Origin: Perna viridis
Taxonomy: Eukaryota
Assembly (NCBI GenBank): GCA_037379345.1
Contig: CM074524.1
Location: 19,402,750-19,466,749, forward strand
Direction: 5' to 3'
Length of the DNA stretch: 64,000 nucleotides
Below the pieces are notes generated by a model. That model was not told where the DNA came from. It did not search any database and saw only the letters and a program-made list of their open reading frames with translations. The position numbers were made by a program, and so were the translations under genes. Positions 37,701-50,000 of this stretch are shown here, piece by piece. Each line of letters opens with the position of its first letter. Within the stretch, counting starts at the first letter, position 1.

Positions 37701-39655
37701 CCCCGAATCATGGACAACATGTAATATACATCCAATCTATAAAAATAAAGGGAATTCGATGGATCCGAAAAACTACCGTCCTATAAGCCTAGTAAGCTGC
37801 TTCAGTAAAGTCTTTACTACTATTATAAATAACAGGCTTACTTCGTTTTCTGACGAAATTAACCTTATTTCGGAGGTACAATGTGGATTTAGAAAATCAC
37901 ATTCAACGGTTGATAATATTTTCATCTTGAATTCTTTTATTGATTTATATTTGCATAAAAAGAATAAATTGTTTTGCACGTTCATAGATTTTAGTAAAGC
38001 CTTCGATAAGGTGAATCGAAGTGGTCTCTGGTCAAAAATGATAAAATCTAATATTCAGGGAAAATGTTTTAATATCATTAAGAATATGTATCAAAATATA
38101 AAGTCATGTGTAACTAAAGGGGGTATTAATTCAGATTTTTTTGCTTGTGAACTAGGTGTGAGGCAAGGGGAAAATCTTTCGCCCTTCCTCTTTGCAGTCT
38201 TCATGAATGATTTAGAATCATATTTTGAAAATCATTATGCTGATTCATTACACATAGTTGACGATTTATTTTTCGAACATTTGAATATTTTCATGAAGGT
38301 TTTTCTCCTTCTTTATGCGGACGATACTTTGTTGTTTTCGGAAACTTTGGATGGCATGCAAAATACATTAAATATTTTTGATGATTACTGTAAATTATGG
38401 AAACTTGAGGTAAATACTGAAAAAACTAAAGTTGTGGTTTTTTCAAAAAGAAAATTTAGACCAGATGTAAAACTGAAGTTGAATGGGAAAGAACTAGATT
38501 ATACTGATACTTATTCCTATTTGGGCATACTATTTCAATATCATGGTAATTTTAATGCTGCAAAAAAGAAACTGGTCGAACAGTCACAAAAAGCTTTATA
38601 TGCTGTTATTATAAAATACGAAATTTACGACTACCAATAGATTTACAGTTAAAGATTTTTGATTCTTTGGTATCGCCTATTCTTTTATATGGTAGTGAAG
38701 TTTTGGGTATTGGAAAAAACGATAATATAGAAAAGGTGCATTTACAGTTTATGAAGAAAATACTTGGACTCAGAATTACAACTCCTAATTTTCTAGTATA
38801 TGGTGAATTAGGTCGATACCCATTATACATTAATATTAAGATTAGAATGTTGTGTTTTTGGAGTAGATTGTTAGTAACTAATAAGTTATCGTCAAAAATT
38901 TATGAATTGTTGTACTCTTTGTATATAGATGGTCAATATCAGTCAGCTTTTGTGAAAAATATTGCAAACATTTTTGATGATACTGGTTTAAGTTTTATAT
39001 TTAATAGCCAGATGCCAGTTAATCCAATATGGATAAAAATTATGTGAAACAGATATTTATTGATCAATTCATTCAAAAATGGCGTAGTGATATAGCTAAT
39101 TCATCTCGTGGACACTTTTATTCTTTCTTTAAGCAAGACTTTTGTTTAGAGCCTTATTTACTACGTCTTCAATATAATTATAGATGTTATATTACTAAAT
39201 TCAGATTGAGTAATTTCAAAATACCTATCGAAACTGGCAGATGGCTAAATATAGCAAAGGAAGACAGAAAATGTCCAAAATGTTTAAATAATGATATAGG
39301 AGATGAATTCCACTATCTTTTTATATGTACTAATCCAGAAATCAGTAACCTCAGAATTAAATATATTCCCGATTATTATATCGAATATAGCAGCGTCGAG
39401 AAAATGGCTGGTATTTTTGCATTATGTCATGTAGATTTACTGAAAAATGTATCTTTTTTTCTAAAGAGTTTGAGCAAATTATTTGTGTAATACCGTACCA
39501 TCTCTGTTAACCATGTTTTTTCCTTTTATGTGTTTGTATTTTGTTCTTTATCAATGTATATATGTTTGTAGTTAAAATGCTGTATTGTATTCTCATGTTG
39601 CACTCTGTGCCTGAGTTATTAAATAAAGTCTTTTGAATCTTGAATCTTGAATCTT
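34760..39655 (+). mobile_element. Near full-length RTEX-like LINE: ORF1 (35107..35934) and ORF2 (APE-RT-CCHC, ~35935..39490, one stop and two frameshifts)
   Basis: ORF1 coiled-coil/RRM type; ORF2 LNVCGL, QETK, GDYN, NYRPISL, RQGENLSP, LLYADD, IPIETGRW..CPKC..GDEFHYLFIC; AATAAA plus (TTGAATC)n tail. Clade assigned by motif recall; 5' end approximate. Confidence 0.88.
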
Positions 39656-41303
39656 TACTTTATTTACATCATGAAACTTTGTTTAATTAAATGATATCAT
39701 TCAAGCTTGAAATGTGACTTGAGGGGATTACTTTGCATCTGTCTGCAAGTACTTTAGTTTTGTTGTTGTTGTTTTTGGGTTGTTTTTGTGTGCGACGTTT
39801 TATTTTTCTTTTCTTCGGGTATCATTTGTAATCTAAATATTCATTTTTACGTTGTGTTTTTATATAGATCGCCTTTGTTTCCTGTTTTTACGTTCTGTTT
39901 TGAAGATTCTGAATCTTCTCATTATTGTCCTTCAGACGCTTCGGTATCTTTAATTGATATTTATTTAAAATGGGGAATTTCGGAGTTTTCGAATTTTCCT
40001 ATACAACATTATCAAATTTAAATTGTTTTTATTTTTTAGGTTATCTCGTTACAAGTAGATAACGATCTTATAGAGAAAAAAACCTTAAATATATTAGTAT
40101 TTGACTATTTCATATCATTGACTAAATCAATAAAAAAATAAAACATTTGATTTTTTTGTATTCTTTTACTTACTGATTGACCAATATATGTAAAATATAT
40201 ATGCACTTTAGTACTAAAAAATGTAAGCAAAAACAAAGAAGTCGTTGGTGTGCCCAAACGAGTATAATTAATTTTAATCAAAATATTTTGAAAGGCTATC
40301 TTACATTTCTTGATTTTAATACGAGATGTATTTACCATTTGTCCGATAAACCATCTATATGGTTCAGACCACTAAAAGGTACCAGAAATTTGCGACGAAA
40401 AAATATGGGACGGGGAATTCTATTGGCTTATTAATGATACTATTATTTTAGACATTTACACATTCAAAAGCTTAAAACGTAAGCCTTTCAGTGGGATCTA
40501 ACATTTTTGCATCTTGTTTATTTGTTCTTAAATGTGTTTACCTAATTTCAAACCGCTTGATCGGATAGAAATGTGTTTTACATATTAAACCAACGAATTG
40601 ATATATGTTTTCAAAAATCATTTTAGGTCACAGGAGAGGCTTGTGTTGGTTATTGGGCCACCATGGTCTAATACTTGTTTCTATAAAATCGGTTTGAGTT
40701 GTTGCCCTTTGATTATGAAATGAGGTGGTTTTAAACATAAATATATACAAATCTGTTATCTAGATTTGTAACTTACAGACCGTTTACACAAGTTATGTTT
40801 GTATAACACATATTTCTGTTTCCAATGTAAAATGTGTGTTAATTTCTTATCCTTTACCCTATACTAATGGTTAAGACATTTGTTTGAAATATGTTTGGCC
40901 TGCAATCAGAAAACAACACCTGCAGTTATTCATTTATTACAAAATGTGCATGTAGTATAATCCACTGGCAGATCCGGGGTCAAGGGGTGGCGCATGAACA
41001 AAATTTGGACGAAAATGAACACTTTAAAATCTTGGGATCCGCTGCTGAAATCAGATAGTCTGTGTATACATCACGTAAATATTCACCTCATTGGAATGAT
41101 TGCGTAGTTTATTCTATTCTTTTCTATAATTGCAAGAACGTTTTGAATACATTTGTAGACAGAATGTACACGCAGCTTCTTAAAGCCGTTCTTTCGTGTT
41201 AAAACAAGCACCTCTACACTTGGCTGCGGCAAAAATTGAATATATTTTTTGTCGGTAGCCAGGGCATTATAAATTCAGAATGTCAATTTGACACTTGGGC
41301 AAT

Positions 41304-41340
<37 letters not shown>

Positions 41341-42149
41341 ATGTTCTCTGTCGTCTACCATACTTTGTCACACTAGTCTGTCTGTCTGTCAATTAACTTT
41401 GTCACACTAGTCTGTCTGCCTGTCTGTCAATTATAATTTATCTTTGCCTGTCTCCACTTCGACCTACTTAATTGAGATGGCATTAGGCCATGTATTAAAG
41501 TCTGTACTCAAAGCAACTAAATATAGAGACTATATTAACTCAGAAGGACTAAACTGGCAGCCTTTAGCCTTTTCCATTGTTAAACGGGCTTTATTGTTAT
41601 CCCGTTTGTCCATATACTTGAAATCCTTTCTCCAAAAGATACGTGTACATAGCAGGATCTCCTAAATATAGTATTCCAAACATTAATATTATAAAATTTA
41701 AACAGAACGTGCAAAAGATCGAGAGGAATATAATAGACAAAATAATTAATTTAAGCAGCGACTTTATATTATAAGTTTTCAATAGAGAAACTTGAGAAAA
41801 TTGGCCAATGAACAGTCAAATAGAAACGACACAGTTCTTTTCAGATTATTACAAGTGACTTCTCCTAACCTAAGTTAAAAGAAGTCAAGAGCTCCAAAAG
41901 AATATTGTTATTGAATTACAAAATAAGACATGACGTATAACCCAAAGAAGAATCAGCAGTGCCATACAGGTAAACGCACCTTCGGTCGACATACGTTTGA
42001 TTTCCCATGGTCCTTCGAAGACTCCAGTTTAATTCCAATTTATTAAAAGCACCGACAGACGAATTAACCCGTCATTTTTTCAAAGGGGCCGTCTAAAACG
42101 CTGGTTTTAAACTTGGAAGCCATACCACCACCTTTAACAAGGCGTTATT

Positions 42150-42739
42150 TGGACAAAGTCCTTATCAGGAAAAACAGGTAAATCTCTGTTTAGTGTTTAC
42201 TATTTAGAATCCAATGTAGCCTAGGAAAATTGTAAATATGGGTTACTGAAATATTACACGACAATTTTATGCTGCCATAATATGCAAAATAGTTTTGGAG
42301 AGGTCAAAGTTGAATTTTGGCTTATTATGGGCTGTATATTTCTCTACAAGTGGACTATCTTTGTTTAGTAGTCGTATCTTTCGACTCCGTTATCAGGAAT
42401 TTTCATGGTAATAAGCCCTTTGATTTATCGCGTTTTACAACCAACATGTCCGCCGCGCGCGCTATCTCTCGTCTGCGTCAGGGTAGTTACTATACAATCA
42501 GTGATAAAGTTTTATCATTCTATTTTTCGTATCTCTATTCTGCTCTTGAACCATTCGGAGAAAGTTTGCGGACAACTTAACATGTTCATTTGGAATTTGT
42601 TCTTTTGGACTTTTTGAACTTAAAATTTAAACTTTGATTAGTCTTTTAAATCAGGAAGTCACCTAAGACGACGTCTATAGATATTTTTTTCAAAGTCAGG
42701 ATTTAAATTTCTGAAAATGTGTTTTCATTCCATGGCAAG
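42150..42739 (+). promoter_or_regulatory. Putative GATA promoter and first (leader) exon
   Basis: CpG-rich patch near 42450, Inr-like TCAGT at 42498, clustered WGATAR sites, nuclear-receptor DR1-like motifs, strong donor AAG|GTAAGC at 42739/42740. Confidence 0.5.
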
Positions 42740-43144
42740 GTAAGCAGTGAGTCGATAGAGTGGAACTCTGTCGGTTGGCTTTCAGTGTAGTGGCTTCAAT
42801 TGTTCAATATACCGCGTCACTTAATAAATTACATTTTCACAATTTCGTCACGTGACCAATTTAAACGGTTTTTTAGTTTGGTAAATAGTTTTTCATTTTA
42901 ACTCTTCGCTTCTGAAATTTTCCAATTCGAAGAATACATATATTTTGTAAGTAAAACAAGAAGTTTTCTGGGTTTGCTGACGTTAAACCTGCTTACATTA
43001 GTGTTCTAATTTTAACAGGTGCGCGAGTTCACATTGGCAGGTGACGACAAGGTTTACAGGTAGTCCACGGAATTGTGACTTTGAACCTTACGAGCTGAAA
43101 CAACGCCTCCTACGGACTATATACAATTGTATATTATTTCCAAT

Positions 43145-44060
43145 ATGACTGAAGTTGACCAGGCATGGCAAAATAATTCGCCTGATAATTATTCTCAAGA
43201 AGGTCGAGAAACACCATGTCATGAGGATACTAATTCCGCAGTAGAGGAGCTTGAGAATTCCCGACCATGTGAAGATACGCCTCAAGATTTCAGCGATATC
43301 GGTTCAGAGTCCAACCCCGACATCAGGTCAAACTCTGAGTTGTACACTAATGGAGTAACGCCACTTTGTCAAGTGGTGATACAATCTGCCGAGGCTGTGG
43401 CTGAAACCGCACAAGCAGTAGAAAGCATAAGTCAGGATATTTCAGACGAGAATCGCGTCGAGGAAAATAATACTCTGATTCAGGACGGGGATGGCAATGT
43501 GACATATACAGGTTATAATATACAACCGGGCAGTACACTGACACAATTAACACCTGTGCCAGCATTTGAATCTGCCACGGGACATTTATTACCTAAGGAG
43601 GACGTAGAAGCATTTTTCAGTAATATGGACCACCCGGCTGCCACTTCGGTGACACTTACCACGCCCAATTACGCTGCCACTGGTAACGGTGAATTTACAA
43701 CTCTGACAAACGCGCAGTCACTGTACCAAAACTTATTAACAACTCAGCATCAGATCGTTGATAACCAGGGAGCATACAACATGACAACTCTGTACTCTAA
43801 CCCCAGGGCGCTAATGCATTACGGTGGTACCACGACAGGATGGCAGTTATCCGCTGCAGGGGATGCACTTTACAGTTCACCAGGATCCAGTCCTTCAGCA
43901 GGAAAGTACAACAGCTACGCCATCAGCGGGGACCCTGGTTCCCCTTCAAGCGGGAGAAGTGATTCTGTAGATATACCAAGACAGAATATGCAGTATACTA
44001 ATTTCCTGACCCAAGACGGAGGCTATAACTTTACCATTCCAAACAACTACGGAGCACAAG
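43145..44060 (+). CDS. GATA456: GATA coding exon 1 (acidic, S/T/G-rich N-terminal region)
   Basis: ATG 43145 in ORF 43127..44077; CAAG|GTAAGA phase-1 donor matches the N-finger exon; contains [11 protein letters not shown]; upstream acceptor TTTTAACAG ending 43018. Confidence 0.8.
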
Positions 44061-47000
44061 GTAAGATTTTAAAATAATTTAGTTGTTGCTTATTTTCTTT
44101 TTATTTCGTTTGTTTGCTTTATTAAAAATATGTTTAATTTCTTCAACTTGCTTTAAGATACATCGCATATACACTTCGTGGTAAAAATGTAAACTGTATA
44201 AATCTCTGTATATCGTATACAGTAATGTAAGCTTCATAACGTGTTGTACATCCAAAAATGTATATTATTCTCTTTATAGGCAACATTAAATGCTTGTTTG
44301 ATTTTTTAAATTAATTAAGGATTTATGTGATGCATTATGCTCCTAAATTAAATGTAGCTCAAATATTTATATAAAACATATATTTGTTGTGTCTTTGAAT
44401 AAAAATATATGCATTATTTCATACATTATAAAAATTCCGAAATCAAAATCTAAATTTTTGATAAAATTAGAATTAACAAGCGGTACAATAATTAAAGGGA
44501 ATTATATTTTTTGATATTATTTTATCAAAATTCCTCATTAGAAAATACTAGTTTATCTAGATAATAATTTTCGGTGTGAAGCCATTGTATAGTTGTTTGT
44601 GTGTGTACATCAGTTTGTTTATATAGCACTAAAAGATCAAGAGATAACACTTTAACTCCCACTAATCTGTTTAGACAGTAATTAAATTTTTACTAGAAAT
44701 TATCTTTGAAAAAAGTATAAATATCTGGCTGTACACCACTGATTTCGTCAATTCGAGACGATATATATTCTCTTATATAAATTGTAAATCTTTTTGAACG
44801 AGATCAAGGCTCTTAAAGGTCGAGTTAAAAACGTTTTATGACTTATAACTCGTTATTTTTCACATGAATGTTCTATTTTATCCAAAAATTTGAGACAATA
44901 AATATTTACTTATAAAAATGAAAACCTTTTTTTACGAGATCAAGGCTCTCAAAGACGATTTATAACTTTAAAATTATAAATCGTTATCTTTCACATGAAT
45001 GTTCTATTTTATCCAAAATTTGAGACAATAAATATTTCCTTACATAAATGAAAACCTTTTTGAACGAGCACAAGGCTCTCAAAAACGATTTATAACTTTA
45101 AAATTATAAATCGTGATATTTCTCATGAATGTTCTATTCCCCTTTCTGATTTTTCGTAGTTCCTTATTGAATTGGAATAAAACAGGAAAGAGTCTATAAG
45201 GAATACCATTATGCAATATATAATGATAAAACAGGTAATAATTTATAGAGAAAAAAAAAACAAACAAAAAACAATTTTTTATGCATAGATATTGTTCAGC
45301 ATTTGGGGTTTTTTCTTTTCTTTTGTTTTCTTTTTAATTTGGTTTAAATAAACATCATATTAATCGCCACAAACTTCTAGATAAATAAACAGCCTTAAAA
45401 TTATGAAAATACAAATGAACTTTGATAAAAAAAAAATCAAATTATCTATGAATCTAATCGAATTTATTACGTTCGGTGTCTCCATCAATAAACGTGCCAC
45501 CCAATTTGTTTATTAATTATGACATCAGTTGGTAATTCAATTATCATGCATACGTCGATGACACGTGTGACAATTTGCATCCAATTAACAGACAAGGAAG
45601 TGTCAACATGGGAATCTGATATAATATATATTTCAGATTAAATTCTTGATCATTTAAAAATACAAAAACTAAACAGACCGATGGGTTCTTTATGAATATA
45701 TGATACCAGATATAAAAAATACAAAAATGAGTAACTTCTCATCAACATTATTATATAGATCCAAATACATGTGTAAGAAGATGTTAATCTCAGTTATCTA
45801 TATATAAGTGTGTGTCTCTCCTTTTAAATTGGGATAGAAAAGGATTCTTCTATATCAATAAGTCATATATTCGAAACTTTACGATCACGAGGGGAGTCAT
45901 AAATTACTTTCTTTAATATATATATGTATTTTAATTCGCGCTAGACTTGATTTGTAATCGTTTATTTTGCTGCATGTATACGTACATGTAGCACAATAAA
46001 TGGAATATTTGAATTCAATGGATTATGTAATATTTTTACTTAACGAATGTCATTAGTATAAAACTAAATTGTATTGTGATGTCTGCGTCTTCTTCTTTAA
46101 AAAAATAAAATTTGAAACTATAATTTTACAACAGAATAACACCCTCCAACGTGTACCAAATTGGGGACGTTTTCGCTCAGGAAAAATTATTGTGTTTGTC
46201 TTACACAAGTTTCGACCATAAATCTGGGTTTACGGCCCAATAATCAAATATTTGCGATTTCAAGTACATTTATTCGAGGACAGAAACTCGAAGCTTTTTA
46301 TGGCTATATGTGCAGTAAAAGATTCAGTAATAAAAGACTAAATTAATCACTATATATTTTAGGTGTGTCGATCTGCAAAAGTGATAAAAGTACGTTCTGT
46401 GTTTATTCAAAAATAAGTGTATAGATTATTTGATTTTCTGGCCCGATTTTTTCTGATTTGCAGAATGTTTGGGTATAGATATGAGGACAAATTCAGTTCT
46501 AAATTTACGTATCAAATTGTTCAGACCTTATTTGTTCATCTTCCACTCTGGTAGCGAAATATAAATTAAATAATAATAAAAAGAAATGAATGAATGTATT
46601 AAAAAAATTTAAAAATGTCACCACAATACAAAACAAAAAGGACTTTCAACTGCCCAAACGTACTGTAGATTCTAGACAGTGCCGCTTTCAGAGAAATTTG
46701 TTGCATTTCTTTTTATTTTGTATCTGTTTTTTTTTTTTTTTTCGTAGAGAGTAGGAAATGTCCATGGGATTTACTTACGGAATTAACTATGTTTTTCAGT
46801 GACTATAAAGGACGAAATGACATTTTACCAAAGTCTTACAATTTAACGATAGTTATCAATAACGAAAGAAACGGGTATTTTTTATACATGTTGTACAAAT
46901 TCCTCATGGATATTGCATGTACATGTATGTGTTCAAATGCTTAGTTCATAGTATATACGGCATACACATGGTCAAACATAGTGAAAATGCACACCATAGA

Positions 47001-50000
47001 GACAGAATCACCATTTAAACTGGTATTGAATGAATTGAGACGAAATGGTATTTTACTAAAATTTTATAAATTAAGGATACATATAAATTACGAAGAAACG
47101 AGTGTATGCTAACCATTTTTTGTGCAAGGGTTTCATCAAAATTTCATAAGGAAACTCAAGTGTTCAAATGCTTGTTTGCAAATTTAATATTGAGTAAACC
47201 AAATTTAGTATACATATACACAGAAGTTTGGTCTAATTCGGTCTATAAATTTCCTCAAAAATCAATTTACTTGAAACAAATGACATGTTTGGTCCTAGTT
47301 GCCTAGCAACAATCTTAGATCAAGAGTTGTTTTGTAAAATGTTTCATTGTGTTGAAGCTCGAGAACTTAACAACGAAACATTTTTAGGGATTAGGCTTTC
47401 CTTTCCCGCATTATATGAACGTAAACCTCAGTCCGAGGTTAGTAATAGTAACGACTACAGGGTCTAAATTTCTCATTAATTGATGTATATTGCATGCTCT
47501 GTTTGATTTTGTGGGGTTTTCAACTAGAGTCGACCCTGAATCTGTCATTCTGTCATGAATAATTGTTCATTACTTTAATGAGTAAGGCTGGAACCATTAA
47601 AAAAAGACAAGATCTAAGGTTAAGACTGCAATTTTTTTATGTGGTCATGAACTTTCTTTAGTGACTTTGAAATTACACGAATTTTGAAAATCTTTACATG
47701 ATTCAGCTCCATAACTTCAAAGGAGAACGAATATTATCATGTTGCATTCCCCTGTTTCCCACTATTTGGAATCTTACGCGTTACACTCCCCGTTGTCAAC
47801 TACCCCAAAGAATGAAGTGTGCTTGCTAAGGGCGTTTTAATTTTGTACAGTATTATTCATGAAATGAGGTATACATGTAACGTGTTCATTTGTAGTAATG
47901 ATACAATTTTGTGAACAGTATTCTCTTCTTTCCTTTTTCGTTTTTCGTAACCACAACTTCTGAAACAAATATGTACAGGTACCACATATTTCATTTTTGT
48001 ATATGTCTTCTTCCATGTGTGGGTTGTCAATACTTGTTTTTTCATGGAAAAATATAGAATTCAATTTAATTCCTGGTTAAAGGCCAAAGTTTCATAACTT
48101 TTGGATTTTTTTAACAGGTAAATGCACGTGGGTAAATGTAGGCATCCGGTGACTCCGATGTAATGTGTCTGGGCAATGGGTGTTTTTTTTTTTTGTTTAT
48201 CTCTTCCAATTCCATAAAGAGTGTAATTTTCACAACATCAAACAAGGCCAGGGATCTTCATTAGAATCTTTTGGTGAAAACTTTCTGATTGACCTACTTT
48301 CAAGCATAATGTCTATGAAGGATGAGCTATTAGTAAAAAGTATGGTCAGTGCGCGTTAAAAGATCAAGAGGGCATTACGACAATGCCCAAATCAGATTCT
48401 TCAGTGAAATAAACACAGGTATGCTAGTGATACTGCCTTTGACGGTCATACCCCCTTTTTGAGTCGAGACATTATCAACGATTCAGGCAATACCACTGTC
48501 CCTTGGGCAGTCAATTTATCAGGACGAAGCCGTCTTCTGTAAGCAACTATTGCATATTCATTAGTAGAATAAGTACTTATGAATTTGTTTTCCACCTAAC
48601 TCTATGATCTATATATATGTTCGAAATCTAACAAATTGCTAACAGTTGAGAGTATATTTGCAAATGCAAAGTCTACACATGTGAAAACCTATTCCCGTTT
48701 ACAGCAAATTTCACAGGACTTCGAAGTTTCGAAGTCCAATACCCTTCCCATCATTCTTATATATATTCGTGTGAAAAGTCCAGGCGTCCAATTTTTTGTA
48801 AACATTTGAGTAAAGTTTATGTATTACAAAGTCCGTACATCAGATAATTTCTACATGTTATCAATTCTTATCTGAAGAATGGTTGACACAACACAACATA
48901 TGCGACACAAAATATTGGACCTCATCGATTTTAATCTTAATATTTTATCTCTTAGATAAAGAAAATCAATGTGGAATTTTCTTGTTATCTTGTCGTGAGC
49001 AACGTAAACTTTTGTGCACTTCTTCAGACAATGGACGTCATTTAAGATTACGAAAATACTTGCTAAAATGCACCAGGCCTAAAATTCGAGCACCTGCTTT
49101 TAAGAATAGTTCTTTATCCCATATGTGATAAGACTATGGGGTATATGTTAATGATCTTATGGAAAAACAAAGACCCATAATCTCAATGATAGTCGATTTA
49201 AAAAAAAAATTGAAGGGCTCCCACGGTTTGAAACTTTGATTGTTAATGATGGGCCCTAAAATGGTATTTTCAGTTAGTAGTAAACTTTTTCGGAAATATA
49301 AACCTTTTCAATAAACAGAGTAAAATACTTTTTACATCTCTTATGTTTTTGTCAAAGGCGGTGTTTTGAGCTGTGTACTTTGAAACAAATGGTACAATGC
49401 ATATTAGTCTTTTTCTGAAGAATTCTGTTCAGCTTGATTTATCTCTTAGAGCTATTTTTGGTGCATTGTAATGCAGAGTTATCTTTCTTTTGCTTCACAA
49501 GTTGACAAATGGAGGCAATTAAAATAAAAGTAAATATTATTTGTTTCTCATTAATGGTCAAAGAGTTTTAACAAAACTATGGGATAATTTGTTTCTTGTC
49601 ATTTATGAAGATAGTAGGTAGTGCAAGGTGTTTGATATTAAAAGGGGATTGAGTTGATCCTTTTGTATATGTTTTATTTCAGCGGTATCTCAAAAATTGA
49701 AATTGGAAAGTGAGTTATTTCTGTTTATGACCATCAGTCTTAGCCACTTTATTTTATGTGCTTTTTGCAATTATTGAGTGAAGATTTTTGCCACAGTATT
49801 TCGAATCTTGTTTATTTTACATGTACACATGTATACATGCCCGTACTTGAACAGCAGGGGAAAGAGCAGAGACATTTGCTGATTCTCTATAGTTACAACG
49901 AATAATCTCTCCAAAATATATATATGTTAACTCACACATCATAAGTTCGTTATTTTACGGATGATTTTAGCATTTCCACTAGCTGCAATGGTTGAATATG

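Noticed and set aside
48340-48424. Possible extra GATA exon ending at CACAG|GTATGC
   Set aside because: The phase-1 frame has no ATG or clear acceptor and the ATG frame stops before the donor; cannot be supported without transcripts.
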